A DNA stretch of 64,000 bases from Cetorhinus maximus. Its lineage: Eukaryota. Shown piece after piece: positions 12,651-25,715 of the stretch. Under the pieces are notes generated by a model. It saw only the letters and a program-made list of their open reading frames with translations. It did not search any database and was not told the DNA's origin. The position numbers and the translations under genes are program-made. Position 1 is the first letter of the stretch; the number at the start of each line of letters is the position of its first letter. Location: the NCBI RefSeq assembly GCF_964194155.1, contig NC_135915.1:3720001-3784000 (forward strand), given 5' to 3'.

Positions 12651-13764
12651 TATCATCTAATTCCCTACGGCAATCCTCACGAAGCAGGTTCTGAAACAAA
12701 ACAGGTTTGAGGGAATTGCGTACAACAGGCATGCTTTCACTGTAAAGGGTTGTTTTTCTCCTTTCTGGCTGACAGGTGTCCCGGGCTCGTCCCGGCTCGG
12801 TTCCACAGTAAGCGAGCTGAATATACACCTCGGGAAACTGTCGATGAACTGTAATTGTCAGCTTCATCATTTGGGCAAGATGCTGACAAGCAATCCATTG
12901 CTCACAGTGGGATAGACGTGTGCAGCAGCTCTATTGTCCCAGTCTCGAAAGTTTGCTGCATGTGCACCAACAGTTTGCGCTCCTGATGAAATTTAAAGGC
13001 AGCGTCCGATCACTGGACAGCTCAGCTCTGTCCATGAGTTACACAGTTTAGTGGGCACAGTACCAGAATAATTTCCTGGATTTTTTTCCGTTAGGAACTG
13101 TCCACTTTGCTCACTTAAAATTTGTTGAACGTCGTCCTCCATTTGAGATAAAACAAGGACTGCTGGAACATTAATTGTCAGTTACCCAAAGCAGCGAAAC
13201 AAGGTTCTCTTAAAATTCTCCAACTGAATGTCGGACCCATCCTTATGAAAGTAAGGGTTATTATATCATACCAAAATGTATTGCAGTATGGAATCTATAT
13301 TATCTTAATGAGCATGCACTGTATATCTATATTGCTACATCAAACACTCATGCATTATAACCTGCGTCTCAAACGCTTGGTGCATCACTCCACTGCAAAT
13401 AAGACTATGTCAGAAATTATTATTTCTGCAATCTTCAGAATGATTGTCAAAAGTGAGATTTATTTTGAAACGCCAGGAACATTCACTCAACATGTTGACA
13501 ACAAATGTTTCAAGTAGGACTCACCGCTTATGAATGACATAAATAGTGAACTGGTTATGGAAAATCAGCCTGAACTGGCGCCCAGAAAAAACTGTTAAGC
13601 GTTCGAATAAAATGTCCGCCACTGTAGCAATGATGCACATCTCCAGGCTCTGCAGAAATTGGATGCACGAAATGTTCCAGATACTGAAGCAAAATACAAG
13701 TTGATATATTGCGCTTTTCTGAAAGATATTAGCAATAGAGAGCAAATCAGCTATCTCCTTGACA

Positions 13765-16700
13765 GAAACAGAGACAGAAATACCTGGAAAAACTCAGCAG
13801 GTCTGGCAGCATCGGTGGAGAAGAGCAAAGTTGATGTTTCGAGTCCTCATGACCCTTCAACAGAACTAAGTAAAAATAGGGAAGGGGTGAAATATAAGCT
13901 GGTTTGGTGGGGCGTGGGGTTGGGACAAGTAGAGCTCGGTAGAAGGCCAGTGATACGTGGCGATAACCAAAAAATGTCACAGACAAAGCGTCAAAGATTA
14001 GTTGAAGGTGGTGATATTATCTAAGCAATGTGCTAATTAAGGGTAGAAAGCAGGACAAACAAGGTACAGATAGTCCTAGAGGGGGTGGGGTGGGGGGAAG
14101 GAATACTAAAATGGTTAAAATGTAGAGACAAAACAATGGGTGGAAATACATTTAAAAATAATGGAAGTAGGTGGGAAAAGAAAAATCTATATAAATTATT
14201 GGAAAAAAGAAGGAGGCGGAAGAAACGGAAAGTGGGTGGGGATGGAGGAGGGAGTTCATGATCTAAAATTGTTGAGCTCAATATTCAGCCCGGAAGGCTG
14301 TAAAGCGCCTAGTCGGAAGATGAGGTGCTGTTCCTCGAGTTTGTGTTGAGCTTCACTGGAACAATGCAGCAGGCCAAGGACAGACATGTGGGCATGAGAG
14401 CAGGGTGGAATGTTGAAATGGTAAGCGACAGGGAGTTCTGGGTAATGATTGCGGACAGACCAAAGGTGTTCTGCACAGCGGTCACCCAGTCCCCGTTCGG
14501 TCTCTCCAATGTAGAGGAAACAGCATTGGAAGCAACGAATGCAGTAGACTAAGTTGAGGGAAGTGCAACTGACATGCTGCTTCTTTTGAAATGAGTGTTT
14601 GGGCCCTTGGACGGAGAGGAGAGGGGATGTGAAGGGGCAGGTGTTGCATCTTCTGAGGTTGCATGGGTAGGTTCTGTGCAAGGTGGTTGAGGAGTAGGGG
14701 TGATGGGGGAGTGGACCAGGGTGTCACGGAGGGAAAGATCCCTACGGAATGCCGCCAGGGAAGGTGAAGGGAAGATATATTTGGTGGTGGCATCATGCTG
14801 GAGTTGGCGGAAATGGCGGAGGATGATCCTTTTAATGCGTAGGCTGGTGGGGTAATAAGTTAGGACAAGGGTGACCCTATCATGTTTCTGGGAGGGAGGA
14901 GAAGGCGTGAGGGCGGAGGATGCACGGGAGATGGGCTGGACACTGTTGAGGGCCCTATCAACCACCGTGGGTGGAAAACCTCGGTTAAGGAAGAAGGAGG
15001 ATATTTCAGAGGAACTGTTTTTGAAAGTGGCATCATCAGAACAGGTGCGACGAAGGCAAATGAACTGAGAGAATGGGATGTAGTCCTTACAGGAAGCGGG
15101 GTGTGAGGAGCTGCAGTCAAGGTAGCTGTGGGAGTCGGTAGGCTTGTAATGGATATTGGTGGACAGTCCATCACCAAAAATTAAGGCAGAAAGGTCAAGG
15201 AAAGGAAGGGAAGTGTCAGAGATGGATCATGTGAAAATGATGGAGAGGTGGAAATTGGAAGCAAAATTAATATTTTTTTCCAGTTCCGACAAGAGCATGA
15301 AGCAGCACCAAAGTAATCATCGATGTACCAGAGAAAGAGTTGTGGGAGGGGGCCGGATTAGGACTGGAACATGGAATGTTCCACATACCCCATTAAGATA
15401 CAGGTGTTGCTGAGGCCCATGCAGGTACACATAGCCACACTTTTATTTGGAGGAAGTGAGGGGAGTTAAAGGAGAAATTGTTCCGTGTGAGAACAAGTTC
15501 AGCCAGGCGGAGGAGAGAAGTGGTGGATGGGGATTATTCGGGCCTCTGTTTGAGAAAGAAGCGGAGAGCCATCAGACCATCCCCGTGGGATGTCCTTGGT
15601 GAAGAGGAGGTGGTTGCGGCCAGGGAACTGGAAATTGTTGATGTGACGTAAGGTGTCAGATGAATCGCGGATGTAGTTGCGAAGGGACTGGACAACGGGA
15701 CAGAGAAGGGAGTCAAGATAACGAGAAATGAGTTCCGTGGGGCAGGAACAGGCTGACACGAACGGTCTGCTGGGACAGTTCTGTTTGTGGTTTCTGGGTA
15801 GGAGGTAGAAGCAGGCCGTCCGAGGTTGGGCGACTATCAGGTTGGATGCTGTAGAAGGAAGATATCCAGAGGAGATGAGGTCAGTGACAGTCCTGGAAAC
15901 AATGACTTGATGTTCAGTGGTGGGGTAATGGTCCAGGGAGATGTAGGAGGAAGTGTCTGCGAGTTGACGCTCAGCCTCCGCGAGGTAGAGGTCAGTGCGC
16001 CAGACAACAACATCACCACCCTTGTCAGCGGGTTTGATGACAATGTTAGGGTTGGACCTGAGAGAACGGAGTTCAGTAATTTCAGAGAGAGACAGGTTAG
16101 AATGGGTGAGAGGCGCAGAGAAATTGAGATGAATAATGTCACGCCGACAGTTCTCAATTAAACGATCAAGAGAAGGTAAGAATCCAGAGGGAGCGGTCCA
16201 GGTGGAGGGAGAATATTGGAGGTGGGTAAAATGATCCGTTGATCGGGGAGAGGACTCCTGCCCAAAGAAGTACGCACAGAAACGAAAGCGGTGGAAGAAG
16301 AGTTCAGGATCGGGCCGAGCCCAAAATTCACCGAGATGAGGGCGTAAGGGTATGATACTAAGTCCTTTGTTGAGCACTGAACGTTCAGCATCGGAGAGGG
16401 GAAGGTCAGGGGTTATAGTGAATACCCGGCCGGGGCTGGGATTGGAAGATGGGATGGGAACAGAGGGACAGAGTGGAGTGTCCTGGATGGGTGTTGGTGT
16501 GGATGAGTTGTTGGATCTTGCGTTCCTTAGCACCTGAGAGAAAGATAAAAAGTTTCTTGTTGAGGCGTCGGATGAGACGAAGAATAAAATGAAACTGGGG
16601 GCACGCACAGCTTTGAAAAAGGGTGCTGCGGTGCTGCTGGAGGGAGATGTCGAGTGTGTTCATATGGCGGAGCATGGCACTGAGTGTGGATCTCAGAATG

Positions 16701-17385
16701 CGACGGGAACTGCAGTACGATGAGCATTGTATGTCCCGGAGATACCTCTAATCCTGGGTGGGTTCAAACATGAGGAATGGAAATTCAGTTGCAATCCACG
16801 TGGGGTAATTTGGAGACGCAGACAGTCACTGAGAAAGGAAATGTGGCTGTGAAAGCGGGTTTTAGTAAACACCTTGTCAAACACCAGGAGAGAAATGGAA
16901 AGCAATGAAGGTGAACAAGGCAAAAGAGAGATTCGAAAATGCTGACGGAGACTAGGACAATACTTCTTCAAGGTAGGCATTTCTTGAAGAGAACTGCAGC
17001 AATTAAACACAGAGATAAAAGCAAAGAACTGCGGCTGCTGGAAATGCAAAACAAAAACAGAGACAGTAATACCTGGAGAAACTCAGCAGGTCTGGCAGCA
17101 TCGGCGGAGAAGAGCACAGTTGAAGTTTGGAGTCCTCATGACCCTTCAACAGAACTAAGTAAAAATAGGAAAGGGGTGAAATATAAGCTGGTTTAACGGG
17201 GGAGGGGGGGTGGGATGGGTTTGTTGGGACAAGAAGTCAGTGATAGGTGGAGATAACCAAAAGATGTCACAGACAAAAGGATAAAGAGGTGTTGAAGGTG
17301 GTGATATTACCTAAAGGAATGTGCTAATTATGAGTAGAAAGCAGGACAAACAAGGTACAGATAGCTCTACTAGGGGTGGGGTGGT
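13765..17385 (-). mobile_element. Penelope-like retroelement, near full length but disrupted: RT plus GIY-YIG endonuclease, flanked by direct pseudo-LTRs
   Basis: IVIKPADKGGDVVVW (ORF 15499-16608), YIDD at 15316-15327, and NLVYCIRC..C..LYIGETER.LGDR.AEH GIY-YIG (14256-14681). The ORF start MPTLKK is at ~16980. Direct repeats lie at ~13765-14110 and ~17050-17385. Confidence 0.93.
13829..13867 (-). ncRNA. Minimal type I hammerhead-like motif in the Penelope pseudo-LTR (variant core)
   Basis: The minus strand reads AGUU-CUGUUGA-A-GGGUC-augag-GACUC-GAAACAUC-AACU. Stems I and II pair, but core A6 is substituted. Confidence 0.55.
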
Positions 17386-17719
17386 CTCTCTGAGATGGAA
17401 ATATAGCAGACTTCTAGTTTGGAGGATGGTGCAGGATTCTGAAGTCAGGAATTGTTCGGACTCGTGCTTTACAAACCGAACACAAGAACATACCCCCTCC
17501 CCTGCCCGGCAACAATCGCACACTCCCCCACCTTCCGGCATGCCTCTCTGTCCCAGTTCCTGATTTTAAATGCATTATTTTAGTGTATATTGCATTTTAT
17601 CCTTTTAATACCAACTTGTTTCATTTCACTCTTCTCTGCATCTTTCAGGTGTCCAGTCATTTCACCAGTGACACTCCGTCTTCCTGAATTATTTTACTAT
17701 CCTTCTCATTGTTTATTAA

Positions 17720-18760
17720 TATTTCTCACTTTCTAAACATCTGAAATATTTACAAGTACTTGTGTGTGAGTACGCCCTAGGCCATAAAACATATAAGAAG
17801 AGCAGTGGGGCCAACACCGAACCAGCGATCCCTCTTGGACAGTTCTTCGTAATGTGAAAAAAAGACAACCATTCTCCCCTGCTCTCTGCCTTCTGTAGCG
17901 AAACCAATTTCAATGCCTGGCTGTTATCAGCCTTTAATCCCATGTGTTTCAAAGATGTTACAAGTCTGTTATGTGGCAGACTTTGCAAGGCCAGGAAAAT
18001 TGGCAATGTCTGTCAGGAGTAAGCTTGCGTCATCAAATTGAACCGAACTTAATGATTTAATTCAGCCGACAGAGTCTGTATTGGTTCTTTTGAAGATCAA
18101 AAATTGTCCCGTTCCCTGGCTCTCTCCCGATCCCTGTATTTTTCTCCTTTCATAGATTTGTCAATTTCCCTTTAAATAGGTACATAATCAATTTCCACAA
18201 TCCTATCAGCCAGTCGATTCCAAATCCAACGCACTCACTAAGGTAAAACGATTTCCCTCACATTACATTTTTATATCAATCATGTTGAATCTGTGCCCTT
18301 TGGCAATCGAACTCTGAGCGAATGAAACAGATCTCTCCATTTAAATGATTTCACCACTCATAATTCTAAATAGCTCCATCCAGTTTCCTCCTATTATCCT
18401 GTGCTCTATGGAGAACAAGCCCAGCTTCTCCACATTATCCACGGACCTATAAAATCCCTCATATTGGGAATAATTCTAGTAACACGCATCTATGCCAACT
18501 CAAGATTTTCACATCCTTCCTGAAATGTGTAACCCAGCATTGCATAAAGAACGCCAGGTGGAATTAAATTGGGCCTTGATTCAGGTTCTCCATAACTTCC
18601 TGTACTTTATACTCTGTGACTCAATTATAAAGCCCAGAATTCAATCTACTTCACTAGGACCATTATTATCCAGCCCTGTCAATTTCGGAGCTTTGTTCAC
18701 TATTACCGCAGGTCTTTCTGTTCTTGCACCCTCTATTAATATTCAGAATTTACCTTCTTT
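17720..18760 (-). mobile_element. Old CR1 LINE fragments (RT GxxQGSVL.P.LF region and 3' end)
   Basis: Minus-strand ORF ...CPRGIAGSVLAPLLFLYV. The downstream part resembles CR1 3' ends elsewhere in the window. Confidence 0.6.
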
Positions 18761-19442
18761 TGTATCTCCATCTTCATCCTTCCAACATGACATATCTGAA
18801 ACACCTTTCATTCAAATTAAATATTGGGGAGGCTGGATCTTTGTTTTAAATCCCCACCTCAAATCCTGTCCCCCAACTCCATCCCTCTCCCGGTAACTGT
18901 TTCAGGCTGAACCAGACTATTCCAAAATTGGTGTCATACATTCAGACTGTCACTAAGATGGCCAATTTCAACTTGCGGCAACATCCCCGACTGTTTTTCA
19001 TTAAAGAAATACAGCACTGAAGTGGTTAAAGCATTCCTCCTCAGGAAACTTCAATAGAGAACAGGATCTAAGGAGAAATTATTCCCAATGTCTCCTCTAT
19101 CTGTAACACATCTATCACGCCTGGCTCCTGTCCACACATGTTCCCCCATCACTACTCACTTCACCCATCACCACGGTTAACCCCGATAGCCCGTCACTTC
19201 TGGTTAGCACCATCACCTCTGTCGCCCCTGTCATTTCTACCTCGCCTCTCTGCGGCCAGTTCTTGTTATTTACTCTTTGTTTCATGCCAATGTATCAAAG
19301 AAATATCTCATTAGTTCTTTCATGTCAATTTATCACAATACATCACAGGGTTTTGGAGCACCTCTCAATAACATTTGATCAAGCTGGTAACGTTGGCCCC
19401 AGCCTGATGTAAAATGCCATTGTGTATTTCCCTTCCTGACAG

Positions 19443-20317
19443 TTAACACATTCACGATTGTGATCCACAAGTGCAAAAGTTGTGGTCTCTCCAAATGTCT
19501 CACTTGTTAACTAATGGTCATGTCAGTGGCCGATATACTGGTCGTTATATTCGGCCTGATATTGAGAGTTTTTCCGACTGTTTATTCGGAACAGTTTTAT
19601 TTCCTGAAGTCCATCCCCCTGTTTAACATCCATTCCATCCCGTTTTCTGCAGCCGCTGCCTGTTCTGTCTTAACCTTCACCTTGGACCAATTTGTGGCCG
19701 TTTGTTGCCAGAAGCTGAAAGATAAATGTGCCAATTAGAAAACAGCAGCTGTGATGCTGGGAACTGTGGCTGTGATGAACTGTTTAAAGAACATATTCTG
19801 CTCAATTGTGTTAACGGGTGTGTATCAACTATTGAACACCCCTTGGTTCTATGGGGTAACAACTTAAGTTCTGGAATCTCCGCGTTGGACCACAGTCGAA
19901 TGCCTCCACAACATTTTAACCCCGGGTGTGCCGTTGACCTGATACTGCTGCTCAACGTTTTCACTGTCAGACACATTTTAGTGACCAAGACAGCCCACAT
20001 GAGACTGCGGGCTCACAGCAGTGGCGAGAGTTGCAGAGATGGAGAGTATCAGGAAATCAATAATTTTAGTGCTTCTTATGTTGGGAAATTTCTTCCTGTT
20101 ATGGGCAATGCTAATGGTTTATTCTAAATGGGGGAGTATGAAAATTTCGGGTATTATTCTGTGCTTCTACATTCTTTGTTCAGGATATGGCCTTCATGGT
20201 GAACCTGCTGCGTTCCTGCACAGGCACTGCGGTGCATGCCATGACCCCCTACTAAGGTCAGAGACCAAGAGTGTGCTGAAATATGCGTTTACTCCAATTC
20301 TTCAATTCATTAAATGA
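19443..20317 (+). pseudogene. Exon 2 of GPR139/GPR142-like GPCR pseudogene
   Basis: Acceptor ttcccttcctgacag|TT. Reads NTFTIVIHKCKSCGLSKCLTC*LMVMSVADIL..DQFVAVCCQKLK..*KTAAVML..LLNVFTVRHILV..EMESIRKSI..GNFFLLW, collinear with the intact gene. Stops at 19508 and 19736, plus frameshifts. Confidence 0.92.
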
Positions 20318-20589
20318 AGTGAAGATCTTAATTACAGACTTCCCAGGCTTCTCTCGTTTTAACTGATATTTACAGCGGGCGTACAGACTTTCACTTGGGG
20401 AAATGAATCAGTCAGAATTTCCTGACATTTCCCAATTAATTTCATATTTCCAGCGGGATTAGCGGGTGGGTGTGGAGGGAACGAATGCCACCACCGACAA
20501 CTTTCCCGTCTCGTTGGCTGGTTCCATCTGACGACCACCATGTTACATTATGACAGCATCAATCTTGTTCACCGTGAAAAAAAAAAATA

Positions 20590-21360
20590 CAGGAAACGAT
20601 GGAGAGAGACAGAGGGAAGAGGCAGACAAGGAGAGACAGAAACACAGCCGGAGAGAGAGTCAGCGAGAACGAGAAACAGAGGGAGAGAGACAGGTATAGA
20701 TGTACAGTGATAAAGATAGTCAAGTAAAGATAGAGAGATTGAAATAAAGAAGGGAACGAAATAAAGAGAGAGAGGAATAGGGGCATGGAGAGATGACGAA
20801 TTGGAATGGTGATAGACACAGGCAGAGACACACAGAGCGAGAGAAAGGGAGAGGGAGACAGGGATAAACGGAGAGAGAGAAAGAGAGAGAGATACAAAGA
20901 CAGAGGGATTGTCAGAGAGAGGGAGAGGCAAAGAAATAGATAACGAGTTGCCAAGAAAGTTAAAAAGATGGGGAGAGTGAGAGAGAGGGACTCCGACAGA
21001 CAGAGATGTAAAGAGGCAAAGGGAAAATAGAAAGAGAGAGTTAGACGGAGAGAGAGAGAGGGATAGAGAGTGTGTGTGTGAGAGGGAGAGAGAGAGAGAC
21101 AGGGAAAACAATGGAGGGAGAGAGAAAGGGAGAGAGTGAATAAAGTGACATAATAATATGGAGCGAGAGAGAGATGGGAGGGAGACAGAGAGAGAGATAA
21201 AGGGAGAGATACAGAGAGAGAAGGGGAAAGAGACATAGAGAAGCGAGGCACACACATAGAGATAGAGCAGATAGGGGAGGAGAGATGTAGAGAGAGAGAG
21301 AGAGACAGAGAGAGACAGCGAGAGAGAGTGAGAGAGAGAGGGAGAGCGAGATACAAATAG
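20590..21360. repeat. GA-rich low-complexity tract
   Basis: Near-pure purine + strand with (GA)n and (GACA)n runs. Confidence 0.95.
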
Positions 21361-21364
21361 ACAC

Positions 21365-22650
21365 AGGTCAGAGTTTTCCCTGTCCGTTGCTGTCGGGTGT
21401 GACATTAGGCCTGAGGTGACAAAATGGCAGGAAGGTCAAAAATCACTTTCACGCCGCTATGAAAACAAGTTGCAAACTCCCGCTGCGTGAGTCAAACCCA
21501 GGCCGACTTTCCCACTCCCAGGTGCCTGGGAATTCATTTTAATGTCCCTGCAAATCATTATAAGCCATACTCGTCAGATTCATCCCAGAACGTACCACCA
21601 TCCAGGCAATCGCACCGACGTGTTTCACAATTGAACATAAGTGACGAGCACCTGAGATCTGCACTGTGCTGGAGAATTTAAGTTTTGCTCGTCTACCTTA
21701 TTTGGAGTAGAACTCGCGGCCATCAGCGCCAGACTTCGTAGGCTGCATCTTCTCACTTTTGGCGGGGGGGGGGAGGGGGGAGGCTTACAGGCTGGGCACT
21801 GCCCACAAGTGTAAAGAAGGGATGTCATTTCAACGGCTGCAGGGCTGGGGCTTGCTTGGGGAAAGGGGAGAAGTGACCTCAGGCAAGGGAAGAGGCTGCA
21901 GGGCAAGATCAGTGCTGGGGGAGGAGGCTATCAAAGGTGATGTTTGAGGGAACATTCTGGTGTTTGTACGTGGACTCAAGATGGTCAGGGCTGAGGAGGC
22001 ATTCTCCGGATTAGTTGAGGCTTGATAGAGATGTGAGGGTGTGTGGATCATTGTGAGTGGTGATGTCAACTGAATGGCTATCAGTGAGGTGCCAGTGAAT
22101 GTGTGATGGCCTTGCGAGCGTTTAAATATAGAATGATAAGATGGCTGCCTTACTCTAGCGGCACGGATGAGATTGCGCGCCCTCCATCTGCACTGGGTGG
22201 CCAAAGGCTCCCGTGGATCATTGGCACTGACCACCACCGTCACCCCTCACAAGCTGGAGTTGTTCGATTGCTGCTCCTCCTGAGGCCAGAGTGGGTTGGA
22301 GGGCATCAGGTTGGGCCACCGAAAGGCATTCCAGTAACGGCCCACTGAACTCTTCTTGGCTTTCAGGACCATGTCTTCAGTGGTGGGATCCTGGTCTGCA
22401 AGCACTGAGAATAGGATGCGCAGCTGCATTTTATGTATGGCACCCGGAGGGAGCAAGCGGTGTGCTAACAGCACGGCGGAACATTCAGAGGCCACCCAGA
22501 AGCGAGAGGACGTGATCCCTCTGTCTGAGGACCATATGGCATGAAAAGTTGCCACTGTGGCCACTCGGGGGTTGGGAAGTGGATAAAGCTTCTTTCTTCC
22601 CACACAGAACTGCACTTAGCGCAATCCTGTGCTAATTCTGTTCACAGAGG
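21365..22650 (-). mobile_element. Decayed PIF/Harbinger-type transposon remnant with a Myb/SANT-like DNA-binding domain
   Basis: The minus strand reads MVLKAKKS... and then VTVVVSANDPREPLATQCRWRARNLIRAARV, resembling the trihelix signature W..VA..V......R...QC.KR..DL. No transposase was seen. Confidence 0.55.
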
Positions 22651-22957
22651 CGAAGTGGGAGAGTAAAATTGGCAGCGGCACAGGGAGAGAGACAGACAGA
22701 GGGGAAGAGCGTGAGAGCAAACGAGAGAGGGAGATCGAAACAGAGAGAGATAGAGAGAGACAGATTGAAAGTGAAAAAAAAAACACAGCGATATTGAGAG
22801 AAGGGCTGGGAATAGAGTCAGGCTGAGGAAGTTGCAAAGAGAGATTTAGACAGGGGGAGGGCCAAATATTGTAGGAAATAGAGAATGAGAGAAGCTGCCG
22901 CACACACATGCACACATATCCACAGATGCAAACACATACAAAACGGAAGTGAGAGAG

Positions 22958-25715
22958 AGACCATAAGAAATAGGAGCAAAAATTAGACCATTCAGACAAT
23001 CGAGTCTGCTCCACCATTCAATCAGCGCTGATAAGTTTCTCAACCCCATTCTCCCGCCTTCTCCCTGTAACGTTTGATCCCCTTACCAATCAAGATCTTA
23101 TCTATTTCGGTCTTAAATACACTCCTGACCACCACAGCCTTCTGTGGCAATGAATTCAATAGATTCACCACTCTCTGGCTAAAGAAGTTTATCCTTATAT
23201 CTGTTCTAAAAGGTTTTCCCTTTACTCTGAGGCTGTGCAATCGGGTCCCAACCTCTCCTACTAATGGAAACTACTTCCCCACGTCCACTCTATCCAGGCC
23301 TTTCAGTAATCTGAAAGTTTCAATCAGATTCCCCCCTCATCCTTCCAAACTCCTTTGAGTATACACCCTGAATCCTTAAAAGTTCCTCATATGTTATGCC
23401 TTTCATTCCTGTGATCATTCTTGTGAACATCCTCTGGAACTTCTCCAGGGGCAGAATAACCATCCTGAGAAACGGGGCTCAAAATTGCTCACAATATTTT
23501 AAATGTTGTCTGACCAGAGTCTTATAAATCCTCAGCAGCACATCCCTGCTTTTATATTCTAGTCCTCTCGAAATAAATGCCAACATTGCATTTAACTTCC
23601 TAACTAACGACTCAACCTGCAAGTTACTCTTAAGAGAATACTGACTAGGGCTCCCAGGTCCTTTTGCGCTCCAGGTTTCTGAATTATCTACCCATTTAGA
23701 AAATAGTCTATGCCTCAATTATTCCTACCAAAATGCATGACCTCACACTTCCCCACGTTGAATTCCATCTGCTACTTCTTTGCCCATTCTTCTAACCTGT
23801 CTAAAACCTTCTGCAGCCTCCTCGCCTCCTCAATACTACCTGTCCCTCCGCCTATCTTTGTATCATCTGTAAACTTAGCCAGAATGCCCTCAGTTCCTTC
23901 ATCTAGATCATTAATGTATTAACTGAAAAGTTGTGGTCCCATCACTGACCCTTGCGGAACTCCATTAGTTACCATCTGCCATCTTGAAAAGGACGCCCTT
24001 ACCCCCATTCTCTGCCTCCTGCTAGACAGCCAATCTTCTTTCCATGCTAGTACCTTGCCGCTAACACCATGTGCTCTTATCTTACTGAGCAGCCTCCTGT
24101 GCAGCACTTTGTCAAAGGCCTTCTGGATGTCCTAGTAGATAACATCCATTGGCTCTCCATTGTCTAACCTGCTCGTTACCACCTCAACGAATTCTAACAG
24201 ATTTGTAGGGCATGAGCTCTCCTTGATGATACCATGCTGACTTTGCCCTTTTTACCATGCACTTCCATGTATTCCGAAATCTCATCCTTCATAGTGGAGT
24301 CTAAAATCTTACCGAGGTCAGGCTAATAGGCCTGTAATTTCCCGTTTTTTGCCTCATTCCCTTCTTAAACAAGGGGGGTTACATTAACGATTTTCCAGTC
24401 CTTTGGGACCATCCCAGACTCCAGTGATTCCTGAAAGATCACCACTAACTCCTCCGCTATTTCTTCTTCTATCTCCTTCAGAACTCAGGTTGTAATCTAA
24501 CAGTTCCAGTTGATTTATCCACCTTCAGACCTTTCAGTTTTCCTAGCTCCTTCTCCTTGGTAATTTTCACCATACTCACCTCTGCCTTCCGACTCTCTTA
24601 AATTTTGGGGATGTTATTCGTGTCTTCCAACGTGGAGACTGACGCAAAGTACCTATTCAGTTCCTCCGCCATTTCTTAGTTCCCTATTACTACTCATCCA
24701 GCGTCATTTTCCAGCGGCCCAATGACTACTTTTGCCTCTCTCTTACCCTTTATACATCTAAAAAAAAGAACTCTTGCAATCTTCTTTTATATTACTGGCT
24801 AGTTTACGATCATATTTAATCTTATCCATCATTATTTCTTTTTTAGTTGTCCTCTGTTGGTCAATGTAGACTTCCCAATGCACTGGCTTCCCAATGCTCT
24901 TCGCCGCATTGAATGCATTCTCTTTTGCTTTTATGCTGTCTCTGACTTCCCTTGTAAGCTGTGGTTGCCTCGTCCTACCTTTAGTATGCTTATTCTTCCT
25001 AGGGATGAATTTTTGCTGTGTCTCCCAAATTACTCCCAGAAACTCCTGCCATTGCTGTTCCACTGTCCTCCCTGCTAGGCTCATGCCCCAGTCAATTCTG
25101 GGCCCCACCACAAGCTGCTCGAAAAAGCCATCTCGTAAACATTCCACACTTCATTTTCCTGGGATCCTCTACGCACCTCATTTTCACAGTCTACCTGCAT
25201 ATTGAAATGCTCCAAGATCACTGTAACCTTGCCTTTATTACATGCCTTTTCTATCTCCTGGAGTATCTTTTGCCCCACATCCTGACTACTGTTTGGAGGC
25301 CTGTACATAACTCCCATTCTGTTTTTTTTTTACTTTTCCGGTTCCTCAACTCTACCCACACAGATTCTACATCATCTGACCCTACGTCGTTTCTTGCTAT
25401 TGATTTAATTTCATTTCTTACTCACAAAACAACGCCTCCTCCTCTGCCAACCTGCCTATCTCTTGAATAGGATGTATATCCTTGAATATGTAGCTCCCAG
25501 AGCTGATCCCCTTGCAGCCATGTCTCCGTGATGTCCACCACATCATACCTGCCAATTTGAATCGGCACCAAACGCTCATTTTGCATATTTCATATACTGC
25601 GTGCATTCAGAAACAACACCTTCAGCTCTGTATTTTCCGTCATTCTTCTCATTGTCGTCCCTTTATATGATGCGCTTGAATTTTGATTCCTAGCCCTTTC
25701 CAAACTTAAGATAGA
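22958..25715 (-). mobile_element. CR1 LINE, most of ORF2 (APE endonuclease plus RT) and 3' end, disrupted
   Basis: ELKVLFLNARSI, GVMYRPPNSS, GVPQGSVMGPQLF, LYK.LVR.HL.YC.QF-like and NFFSQRVVNL.NSLP. Confidence 0.95.
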
